A stretch of DNA of 30,797 nt from Vitrella brassicaformis CCMP3155 (Eukaryota; Protista; Chromerida). The notes under the pieces are model-generated. The model ran no database searches. It worked only from the letters and a program-made list of their open reading frames with translations, and was not told the origin of the DNA. The stretch spans positions 1 to 30,797 of the forward strand of contig CDMY01000685.1 in the NCBI GenBank assembly GCA_001179505.1, written 5' to 3'. Both the position numbers and the translations under genes were made by a program. Positions 13,801 through 25,800 of the stretch are shown in pieces (the stretch's first letter is position 1; each line of letters opens with the position of its first letter).

Positions 13801-16800
13801 CCACTCTCGAGGCTCCGGAAGGTGAGCAGCGAGTCATAAGACGGCACATGACCGTCAGGTCTGTCGACCAGCACCAGAGTCCACACAGGTATGTCGAGAC
13901 CCAAAGACATCAGCGCCCGCACAAAGGCGCCAAGCTCTTCTTTTTGGTGCGCTGCATCCTCCGACTGAGTGCGACACCGATACAACAGCACGACCTCTCC
14001 TGGTCTGCCAGGGAGACGCTTCGCTGCGTTGGCAACTGCCTCCACGCTAGAACACACTTCCATGTGCTTGGTGCCTTGATCTGGCCAGAGGGCATCATAG
14101 AGCTCTGCAGCCCCATCCGTGAGCAGAAGCGCCACACTGTTTAAGGCCGAGCTGACGGGATGCTCCAAGGGGACCCAGCTCTCCTCAGACAGGAGCGTGC
14201 GAGCAGAGGAAGTTCCCCCCGCTGTGGCTGCTTTCTTCGACTTGGCTTCCTTGGCCATGTCCAGTCGGGAGAAGAATGGCGTGTGGGGGACGAGGCGGAA
14301 GTACATCTCCCAGCGGATGGGCTGGCAGCATATGACGTCAGTGGTCGACACGTGAGTCTGAACGGCCCACAGGCTCCGCAGCCCGAGGTCGTTGGTGACA
14401 GCAGCGAATCCCATCTTGTCGAGTTGGCTCTGGTTGACGATCTGTGCCGCCTTGCCCTGCTCGGTCCAGACGCCCCACTGGATGCTGTTGCCTGCAAGGC
14501 CCTGGGATCGCCGATATGTCACCAGAGCGTCGAGGCACGCGTTGGCAGCCCCATGGTTGGACTGGCCCAAGTTGCCCAGAAGACCAGCAATCGACGAGAA
14601 CACCAGGAAGGTGTCGGCCTGCACCCGCATCTCACCGAGGAGGTCGTGCAGCGCCCAGGCACTCGTCACTTTGGGTCCGTAGACATCCGCTATAGTCTCG
14701 AGCGTCTGGTTGCCGACGGCAGCGTCACTCAATGTCCCAGCAGCATGAATGACCGATTTGGCCACCAACCCCTCCCTCTGGAGTTGCGCGAGGAGGGCGC
14801 GGCAGTCTTTGACGGAGCTCACGTCGCACTTGGCTGGACGCAGTGTGATTGACGAACCATCCGTCGCTTCGGTACTCTGCATGATGGCCGTGAGGCGCTG
14901 CCACTCCTTGCTCTCCTTCATCTCCTCAGTCGGCTGGCCTCGTCGCGACACGAGGATGATGTTCCTGGCGCCGTGCTCAATCAGCCATTCAGCGACCACG
15001 AGACCCAGGCCGCCAAGGCCGCCAGTGATGACGTATGCGTAGCGGGAAGCCCCCGCCGGCCTCGCCGCCTGTCCCTGGATGGCCTCGAGCAGCGGAGCCG
15101 AGGGGATGGTGAGGACAATCTTGCCGATGTGGACCGCTCGCTGCATGAAGGTGAAGGCTGCTGAGCCCCCTTGCTGCTCGTCGCTGAGGTCGAAGGCGTG
15201 AATGAGGGGCGGGGTGAGCTGGTCCGTCGCGATCATGCGATTGATGCGGTTGAGCATGCGGCGGAACCAGACAGGGTCGTCACGGATCATCATGTCAAGG
15301 GCAACAGCTTCGTTGTTGACGTCTGCACGCTCTTGAGCCATCTTGCCCCGGCTCCAGATGCCTCGCTTGCCGATCTCGAGGAACCATCCACCAGGGCGGA
15401 TCAGCGCCAGAGAGAAGGTAATGAACTGACCGCTGAGGCAGTTCAAGACGGCGTCCAGCCGCCCTTCGTCTCCCAGGAACGATCTCATGTCCGTCTGGAA
15501 GCGCTGCGGGTCTCGTGAGCTTGTAATATACTGGACCCCTAGGTGGCGCAGGAGGGTCCTCTTGCGATCGCTGCCTGCCGTGGCGTAGACGATGGCTCCT
15601 GCTCGGATGCAGTGCTGCACAGCCGTCAATCCCACTCCGCCAGTCGCAGCGTGGATCAGCACACGGTCGCCGGCCTTCACGCCTGCCATGTCGCGAAGGC
15701 AGACCTCTACAGTGCCGACGATGATGGGCAGCCCGGCTGCCGCAGCGAAGGACATGTTGGGGGGCTTGAGGACGATTGGCCCAGCGGCTCTGGTCGTGAC
15801 GTATGTCTTGAGGCACCCGCTGACGACGCCATACACCTCGTCGCCCACTTTGAACTGTGCGTCGTCCACACGCGTCACAGTACCACTGCATTCCCCTCCA
15901 GCGTCAGCCGACACTCGTTCAGATGGATAAGCCCCCAGCACAATGAGAAGGTCGCGGAAGTTGAGGCCCGCGGCCCTCACGCGAATCTCCATCTCTCCAG
16001 GGGCCAGCTCTCGTCGCTCCTCAGGTGTCTGAGCACGGAGCTTCATGGTGCTCTTGAGCGACCCTCGGCCCGACAGCTCCAACTCAACAGGCCCTCTCGC
16101 AACCAGGGAGCTCTTGATCAGTCGATGCGCGTAGACCACGTCGGCTCGCAAGGCCAGTTCCGTCTCCCCGTCGGCTGTGAGCCGCGAAGGGCTGGCCGCA
16201 AGGGCCAAGAGCTGGCCTTCCCAGGTCAAGGTGCCCGCTGTGTCAAGATCCACAGTAACGAGGTGGGCAGCGTCCTGTCGCTCGAGCCTTGCGCTTCGCA
16301 GCATGCCCCAGATGCCCGCATGGACGGGTCGACGCTCGACATTGGCATCACGGGAGCGCACCCTGTGGATGCTCGACGTGAAGAACAGGGCTGTCCTGTT
16401 GCCGCTCTTCGAGCTCGAGTCGCCGATGAGTGCTGCTGCCACTTGCATGGCCCCGAACAAAGTGTGCTGCGCATGGACCTCGCAGCTCAGTCCAAGCAGA
16501 CACATGACCGTCTCCCCCCGTCCCTCCGCCAGCAACGTGGCGACATCCTCCTTGACACTGGCCGTGGAGGAGGCATCGCACCACACGACACCTGCAGCCG
16601 GCGCCTTCAGGCCTTTCGCGATGGCAGCGACGAGGGCCTCTTGGGATCGCTCGGCCACAATGATCGGCCCCACATCTTGCTCAGTTGTTGCCGCTTCGTG
16701 AGACTCCAACGTGAGGTGGGGGATCCACTTGGTCTCCCACAAGTCGCCATCTGGCTGCAGGGTCGACACACTCTTGTTGCCGCCCAGCGACAGCTCCCTC

Positions 16801-19800
16801 AGACGAAGCTTCTCGATAGACGCCACCTCCGTACCTGTCACAGACAAGACAAGACAAGGAGAGAGAAGGGATCACGTCACGTGACAAAGAGAGACTGAAA
16901 TGGTAGACACACACAAGGACTTGTGTGTGTCGTACCAGTCGATCCATCGCTTGACTCGTATATGGTAATGTCGACAGTGGCGGTGGATGGCGTGCTGTCG
17001 GTGATCCTCACGTGCGACCACAGCTCCTTGTCTTGTACCACAGCCCCAGGCCGGAGCCGCACACGTCCAATGATGAAGGGCACCATGGCCTTGTTGGCAC
17101 CGCCTGTCCGCTCAACAAGACAGGCTGCAGCCTGCAGGGCCCCATCCAGCACCCTCGGCGACGAGTGCAGGAAGCGCTCATAGGACGTCACTGAGTGGTC
17201 TCCCTTGATAAGCCCAAGAGCTTCTGACTTGCCTTTGTAGATCTCACGGAGCGTCTGGTAGGTCGGGCCGTAACACAGGCCGGCGTCCTCCAGTTGCCGG
17301 TAGAGCTCATCAATCTTGCCAACACCATCGCAGCGAGAGCGGATCTCAGCGATGTTGGCGGAGCCGCTCGAGAGCATCGGGGCTGCTGAGACGCGTCCAG
17401 TCACGTGAACCAGCTGCTCGTCAGACTCCCTTCGGCTGCCAATCTTGAACGCACCATCCTTGAGCAGCGTGCACCTTAAGGTGTGCGGCGAAGAAGCGCT
17501 GGTAAGGATGAGCGGCGCCTCGAAGCCCACATCCTCTATGGTGACGACATAGGATCGCACGCCTCCTCTCGGCCCCTTTGCCCCCCTCAGCTGGCGGTCA
17601 AGGGCTGCACTCATGGCGATCTCCATGTACCCCGCCGCCGGCCATATCAGTTGCTTGGCCACGACGTGGTCTGCCACCAGCTGCCTCACAGAGCCATCGA
17701 TCCGCGACTCGTATAAGACCACCGAGTCGTCGACCTGTCCAGCATCCTTCTTGGGCCTCCCGGCGATGAGGGGGTGCCGCAGCTCGGGCCACACGAACGA
17801 CTGGCGGTTAGTGAAGAGGTCGCGGTTGACCTGCACAGCCACATGGGTTTTCCGGGCCGCAGCCACCTCCTTGACCAAGTCTGCGAAGCTCGTGGAGCCC
17901 TCCTCTGCAGAGCTGGACCCTATCCACTGCTTGGACGCTGCGACGCGGCCTGTCAGACACTGCTTGGCCATGGTCAGCAAGACGGCCTTGGGCCCGATCT
18001 CGATGAATATGCTGCCGCCCGAGTGGTCAGCGCTGGCTTGCACAGCGCTGGCAAACCGCACGGGCTTGAGGATGTGGGAGGCCCAGTAGCTGGCGTCCTG
18101 GAGGATGTTCGTGGCCATCTCCCCGGTCACGGTCGAGTAGAAGTGGCAGTGGGGTGGGGCCAAGGACGTCTCCTCGACGAGGCGCGTGAAGGACTCCTTG
18201 ATGCCCATCATGAGATTGGAATGGAAGGCATGCGACACTGTCAGGTACTTGCAAGATCGGGTCGCTCCGAGGATCTCCAGGACCTGCTTGACAGCCTCGT
18301 CACGTCCCGAAAGCACCAAGCTCCGTGGACCATTGACGGCGGCGATGCTCACCAGCTGAGCAGCGGACTGCGGCAGCTGGCCCAGCGCCGCCTCGGCTTC
18401 TTCCTCACTCTTACGGATGGCAACCATGACGCCACCGTCCCGCGGCAGGTCACTCATGAGCCGAGATCGCTCCGACACGAGACGCAGGCCGCCCTCGAGC
18501 GTCAGAACTCCCGCAGTGACTGCAGCGACGTATTCGCCGAGGCTGTGGCCGACGACGGCGTCGGGTGTGATGCCGTGTGCCTTCCACAGCTCTGCCATGG
18601 CATACTCGAAGGTGAAGAGAGCGGGCTGGGCGTAGCGGGTGTCGTTGACGTCAGCACTGCCGTCGAAGATGATGTCCTTGATCGAGTAGCCCGCGTGGGC
18701 CATGAGGTACACATCACACCGGTCGAAGGCCTCACGGAAGGCATCCTCAGCCTCGTATAGCGTCTTGCCCATGCCGGCGCTCTGCGACCCCTGGCCAGTG
18801 AACAGGAAGACCACCCCCGGCAGCGCCTTCCGAGGGGCGTCCTCCTCGCAACTGCCGTGCTTCTCCACCAGTGTCGCCATGGCATCAGGGTCGCCCTCCG
18901 AGCAGCACACCGATGAGTTGGTACCTCCAAAGCCGAAGGAGCTCACTGTGAGCGTGAGCGGCCCCTCAGATGACAGGGCCATTGGCTGAGTGGGGAAGAC
19001 CACTGGGAAGTCACCTGGGACGATGTTGTGGTTGAGGCTCGCGAGGTGCAGGTTGCCTGGCGCTTGGCGGTTCATGAGCACCAGCACAATCTTGATGAAT
19101 CCTGAGATGCCCGCTGCGCCCTCGAGGTGACCGATGTTGGTCTTGAGAGCGCCTAGCACCAGCGGTGACGACGCACTCCTGTCCCTTGCGTAGACGGCCA
19201 TGATCGAGTTGAACTCTATGGGATCGCCGAGGGAGGTGCCCGTGCCGTGACACTCCAGCATCGACACATCCGACGGCACCTTGTTAGCGTAGGCCAGGGC
19301 CGTCTCAAGGCACCTCTGTTGCGACGGGCCATGGGGTGCCGTCAGGCTCAAGCTTCTCCCATCCTGGTTGACGGCAGTGCCTTGCAGGGTGGCGAAGACG
19401 CTCAAGTCTCCTAGCGTCACTTTCTCAAACGTCTCGAGCACCACCACACCGCACCCCTCGCCCCTGACGTACCCGTCGGCGCTGTCGTCGAATGTGCGAC
19501 ACCGGCCCTCCGGGGACAGCATGCGGGCCTTGGAGAAGACCATGAAGGGCAGCGGGGCCGTCATGACCTGTACACCTCCAACGAGTGCGCCGCTACATCG
19601 TCCCTCACGCAGAGAGTGGAAGGCCACGTCCATGGCCACCAGCGACGACGAGCACGCTGTGTCGACGCTGATACTGGGGCCCTTCAATCCAAGGACGAAC
19701 GACAGACGGTTGGCGACGATGGACGCGGCGATGGCCGTGCCCGTGTAGGGCGTCGGGATGGTTTCTTCACGGCTTGACAGGATGGCCCAGTCGTTGGAGC

Positions 19801-22800
19801 AGTTGCCCACAAACACACCCATGTCGGCGCCCCGCACGTCTTTCAGACTGAGCCCGGCACAGTCGAGGGCGCTGGTAGAGACCTCCAGGAGTATGCGCTG
19901 CTGGGGGTCCATCGTCACGGCCTCGCTGGGAGGGATGCCGAAGAACGAGTTGTCGAAGAGGTCGATGTCGTCCAGAAAGCCTCCCTGTTTGACGTAGTAG
20001 GACCGGCCAAACTTCTCGACATTGGGGTCGTAGAGGCCCTCAACGTCCCAGCGCATCTGAGGCATCTCGGTGATGCAGTCCGTCTGCGTCATCATCATGT
20101 CCCAGAAAGCCAGGGGGCCGTCCACGCCGCCAGGCAGACGACACGACATTCCAACCACAGCAAGGCCTCGAGACTTTCCCGAGACTGCTGCTGAAGTGGG
20201 CGTTGTCGAGGACTCTCTCGCCTTGGGCTGTTTATCGTCCTCGAGGGTAGTGGCCACGTATGTGACGATGCCTTCGAGAGTGGGGTGGTCGAAGAGTGCC
20301 GTGGCGGGGAGGCTGACGCCCAGCCTGCTGCTCAAACTGTTGCGGAACTCGACGGCGCCCAAGGAGTCGATGCCGAGGTCCGCCAAGGGCATGTCCATTG
20401 GCGGCTTCTCGTCAATGCCCAACACGTCACGGGCAGTATCCATGGTGATCCGTTCCAGCATCTGGCGGCGCTTGGTACCACTCAGGCTGCGCAGCCAGTT
20501 CTGTGCGTCAAGGCCTTGTTGGGCTGCTTTGGCATCAAGCTGCAGCGGCTTGACGCGAGAGAAGAGGTTGTTGTAGTGCTGGCCCGAAAAGGCCCTGAGA
20601 AGGAGACTCGTGTCGAGTGGCTGGGCTGTCGTGACACCGCCGGCAGGGTGGGCGAGGAGGGAGTCGAGCAGACGGAGGGCCAGCTCGTTGGAGATGGGCG
20701 GGATGCCCGCGGCCTTCATCTTGTCCATGCTGCCCGCCGCTGTCGCCATGCCTTGGTCCGACCACGGACCCCACTGGATGCTCATTGAAGGACGCTGAAG
20801 GAACGGACCAACACGACACACACACCAGACAGACAGAGACAGACAGAGGGGACACGTTCAGTACAGATGGGTGACGAACACGCACATGAGTGGTCTGCTC
20901 ACCTCTGACGATTGTCGATAGCTGACGAGTGCGTCCAGACAGGCGTTAGCGGCACTGTAATTGCTCTGGCCCACGTTGCCCAACAGGCTCGTGATGGACG
21001 AGAAAGCCACGAAGCGCTGGAAAGGCGACTTCAGCTGTTGTTCCGCTCGGTGGATGTTCCACGCTCCCACAGCCTTGCCGACGTATGTGGTGCGGATGGT
21101 GTCGGGTGTCTGCTGGGCGAGTGGGGCGTCGCTGAGTGCGCCTGCGGCGTGGAAGACGTGTGAGATGCGAAGGCCCTCCTGCTCGAGACCGCTCATGACC
21201 TCCAGCACACTCGTCTCAGCTCCGACGTCGCAGCTGATGGCCCTCACAGCTGCCCTGGAGTGCTGAAGCCGCGCCCATCGATCGGCCATCGACGCATCTG
21301 GCGCGCCTCGCCGTGAGAGAAGAGCGATATGGCGGGCGCCTTGCTCCACCAGCCAGTCGGCGAGCACCAGGCCCAGCCCGCCTGTGCCGCCCGTGACGAC
21401 ATGCACCCCAGATGCATCTGTGGCCGTGTCGACGGAGCTGGTGACGTTGACGATGACCTTGCCGATGTGCTGAGCTTGCTGCATGAAGCGGAAGGCCGCT
21501 GTGAGGCCGGTGCTCTTGTCACTGCTGTAGATGTCGAAGTTGCAGAGAGGGATTGGCTGGATGGACTGCCCCTCTGCCAGGGTGCTGATGTCGTCGAGAA
21601 GCTGACCGAACCACTGCGGGCGGGCCTCGATCATGTGGTCAAGGGCCACTGTCGTGTAGTGCACGTCTGGCCGCACACTCTTCATCTGCTCCTCCGTCCA
21701 GATGCCGCGCTTGCCCAGCTCCACGAACCGGCCGCCGTGGCCCAAGGACTCCAGTGAGGCCGGGATGTAGTCGTCAATCAGAGAGTTGAGCACCACAGTG
21801 GCGAGGCCCCCACTGGCAGTGAGGCTCTGCATCTCCTGCCTGAACTGTGAGGCGTCTCGTGAGGTTGCGATGAATACGATGCCCATCTGCCGAAGGAAGT
21901 CTTGCTTCTTGGCCGATCCCGCCGTGGCAATCACGTCCGCTCCCACTCGTCTGCAGTACTGGATAGCGGCGAGCCCCACTCCACCGGTGGCCGCATGGAC
22001 CAACACACGGTCACCCTTCACCACCTTGGCCGCGTAGCGCAACGAGAACTCCACGGTGGCAAACACGCTGGGCAGGGAGGCCGCAGCGCTGAATGACCAG
22101 CCGGACGGCATGCGGGCCAGCGTCCACTCGCTCGTCGTGGCGTAGGTCTTGAGGCACCCAGGGGAGATGCCGTAGACGCTGTCACCCACCTTGAACCGCC
22201 CGTCTGTCTGGTCGGCAGTGCCGATCCGGACGACTGTCCCCGCACAGTCGCCACCGGGCGGCCCAGGGTCGCCGGGATACAGCCCCATGACATTGAGGAC
22301 GTCCCGGAAGTTGAGGCCGATGGCGCGAATCCGAACCTCCACTTGCTGAGCCGACAGGTCGATGGCACGGGCCTCTTGAGGCATCGGGTGGAGGGACAGG
22401 TTGGAGATGGCCCCTCGCTCAGACATGACCACCTGGATGGGCCCCCTCTGCTGGATCCCCTGTGCTGGATGGACCCTCGGGACAAGGGTGCTGCCCTGCC
22501 GCACACACATCTCCATCTCGTTGGACTGCTGCACAAGCCAGTCCGGCAGGGCCTCCTTGGTCAGCTCATCGACGTCGACACATGCGATACGATCCGCCAT
22601 GCCCGTCTCCACCTCACACTCGAGGCGAGCGGACCGCGCAAGGCCCCACAGCCCACCATGCACTGGCAAGCCGTCGAATGCAGTCGCGGCGCCCATCTGC
22701 TTGCGGGTCAGCAGCACCGTCCGGGGCATCTGGCGCTGAGCACGATGGACACTTAGGGCGGTCTGCACGAGCCTGACAGCTCCACAGATAACTGCAATGG

Positions 22801-25800
22801 GGTCAGCGGCGTAGGCGTCGTTGACGGCTGCCGCGTAGACGATTTGAGATGCCGTATGCGCCGACACAAGTGACTCAGACACCTCGTCAGCGGCCGCAAA
22901 TCTGAGGCCCTCTCCCTCCCCCAGTGCTTCATTGAAGATGCGTTGCTGTTCATCTGATGCACCGATGACCAGGACGTTGCCGGCAGTGCCCTTGTTGGTC
23001 TCCTCGGCCAAAGGGACCCACTCGACCTCCCACAGGGAGGGCAGTGCTGCCGTGGTCTTGTTCGGCCGCCGTGAGAAGTCGACTTCCCGCAGCTTGAGGC
23101 CGCTCATGTGCAGAGCAAGATGGCCGTTTGCCGTCCTCAGAGTGACGTCGACCTCCGCTCCAGTCGCCTCTCGCGCCTTGAGCATCAGATGAGCCCACAG
23201 CTCTGTCACCCCAACGCAGGACCGCGGCCGTCTGCCGTACGTCATCCTCCTCACGCTCACTGGCACCATGGCCTTGGCGGATGGTGGCGCTTCGTCTGTG
23301 TCCTGCTGCTGCAGCAGCATGGCCGCCCCGTGCATGGCGCCATCCACCAGGGCGGGATGGTAGCCGAAGCCCTTCTCGAAGTCCTGAAGCTTGTCCACGC
23401 TGACGCGCACAAGGGCCTCCCCCTCCCCCATTTGGGCACTCCGCAGCGCCTGGAAGCGGGGGCCGTACTCGAGGCCGATCTTGTTGAGAGATGTGTAGAG
23501 ATGCGACACTGCAGATGGTACGGGGAGCCGTTCTTGCAGTGCCGTCAGCCAGTCTTCCTTATCGATGGCTGGGCTGCCCGCCGTCGGTGATTTCCCCTCC
23601 CAGAGGATCGCACGCGCCCTCACGTGCGGCTGCGGCTGGATGTCGCCCTGGTCCCCGCCACCCTGACTCCACAGAGTCGTCACTCCTTCCTTGTCAATGG
23701 TGCACCCAAACATAGGCCTCTCCCCATCTGCTGCTGGGTCGATTGTCATGGGCACCTCGAAGCTCACGTCCTCGCACACGACCTCCTGGCCCTCCACCGG
23801 CACATTCTTCTTCTGCCACTGGAACATCGCACTGCCCAAAGCGTCGAGGTAGGCAGCCGCTGGGACGACGGCCATCCCCTGCACCACGTGGTCACCGAAG
23901 AGGGACAGGGCGCTGCGGGAGAGGGTCCGCGTCGACTCCAGTTCGATCCCCTCCGATGTGTCCTTGCCGCCGACCAGGGGATGCGGCACCTCCACCCAGG
24001 GAAATGACCGCCGGGTGAATGTCACCGGAGAGGCGGGCCCAGCGTCGCAGCTGTCCGGCCGCTCCAGGATGACATGCGCATTGGTGCCGCCGAAGCCGAA
24101 AGATGAGACGCCTCCGTATACGGCCCCGTTGCTGTCTGCCAGCTTGGCAGGCTCCGAGGGGAAGACCATGGGGACGTCGTTGACTGCGATGTGGGGGTTG
24201 AGGGCCGAGAAGTGGAGATTGGGCGGGGCGGTCTTGTTACGCAACACTAGAATGACCTTGAGCAGGCCAGCGATGCCCGCCGCTCCCTCCAAGTGGCCGA
24301 TGTTGGTCTTCAGTGCGCCCATGACCAGTGGTCTGTCGCTGGCCCTTCCCCTGCCCAGCACGGCTCTGATGGCGCCCACCTCGATGGGATCGCCCAGACT
24401 CGTACCTGTCCCGTGAGTCTCAATGTAGCCGAGCGCATCATACGATATGCCTGAATGAACGAAGCAAACAACACAACAGCACCCAGCCAGCAGAAGGGAA
24501 ACATACATACAGGTGTGAGCAGCACCATGACTCATTCCTTTGTCTCGCTTGTGAATGACGGACGGACCTGCATCCTCGATGGCCTCGGCGAGAACCTGCT
24601 CCTGCGCAGGGCCGCTGGGAGCAGTCAGGCTGGCAGCTCGGCCACCATGGTTGACTGCTGAGCCACGAATGCGCGCCAACGCGTGTTTCTCCGTCACTCC
24701 CTCACTATCACTGTCGGCTGCCGCCTTGAGTACGATGGTAGCGCAGCCTTCACCTCTGACGTATCCATCAGCCGAGGCGTCGAATGTCTTGCACCGTGCG
24801 TTCCTCGCCATCATGCCGGCACGGCAGAAGGCGGCCGTCACCTTGGGCGACATCATCAGATTGACTCCAGAGGCAACTGCAGCTGAGCAGATGCCCTTCT
24901 GCAGGTACTTGACGGCCACGTCGACAGCCACAAGGGACGACGAGCATGCCGTGTCCAGTGTGAGGCTGGGCCCCTGGATGCCCAGCCAGTAGGACGACCG
25001 GTTGGCGATGATCGATGGCGCACTGGACGTGGCCGAGTAGCTGCTGACGGGCAGAGCTGTGGAGTCCACGACGTACGACCACTCGTTGCAGCAGCTGCCC
25101 ACAAAGACACCGATGCGCTGCCGCACCAGAGCTGCACGCTCGAAGCCCGCCTGGTGCAGAGCGGTGAAGGTGACCTCCAGCAGGAGGCGCTGCTGGGGGT
25201 CCATGGTCCTCGCCTCGCTCTCGGCGATCTTGAAGAAGGAAGAGTCGAACAGCTCGGCGTCCCGAATGAATCCGCCCTCCTTGATGTGCATCTTGGTCTC
25301 GCCCCTGCCCTCGGGATTGGGGTCGTACCACTCGTCCGCATCCCATCGCGTCGGCGGCACCTCCACTATCGCATCATGACCTCCTACCACCATGCGCCAC
25401 AAGTCGTCAAGGCTCTCCACGTCGCCCGGCAACCGACACGCGGCGCCCACCACGAGCACCGATGACGCATCAGCCGCGTCGGTCACCCTGGACAGTGCCC
25501 TCGATGAGAGGAAGGCAGTCGATTCAGTCAGCATTTCCACCAGATAGTCACATATGGCGCTGAGGGTGGGGTAATTGAAGATCAAAGATGGTTCCAAGCT
25601 GGGGGGAGGGAGGGTGGGACAGACACAATCAACACACAAAGACAGACACGCATCGATGAATGGATGGATGGGTGCACTCTGAGGCTACTGTGTCACTCAC
25701 TCACTGTTGTCTCACTCAGGTACCTGATGTTCAGACGGCTTGCCACCAGATCAGTGAATTCCACGGCGCCGATCGAGTCCACGCCCAGCTCCAGCAAGGA

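Noticed and set aside
7959-18760. Long plus-strand ORFs (e.g. 7959-9053, 15543-16898, 17774-18760; also 4203-4943 and 5744-6484)
   Set aside because: They are antisense shadows of the GC-rich PKS exons, with no recognisable motifs, and are fully explained by codon bias on the minus strand.
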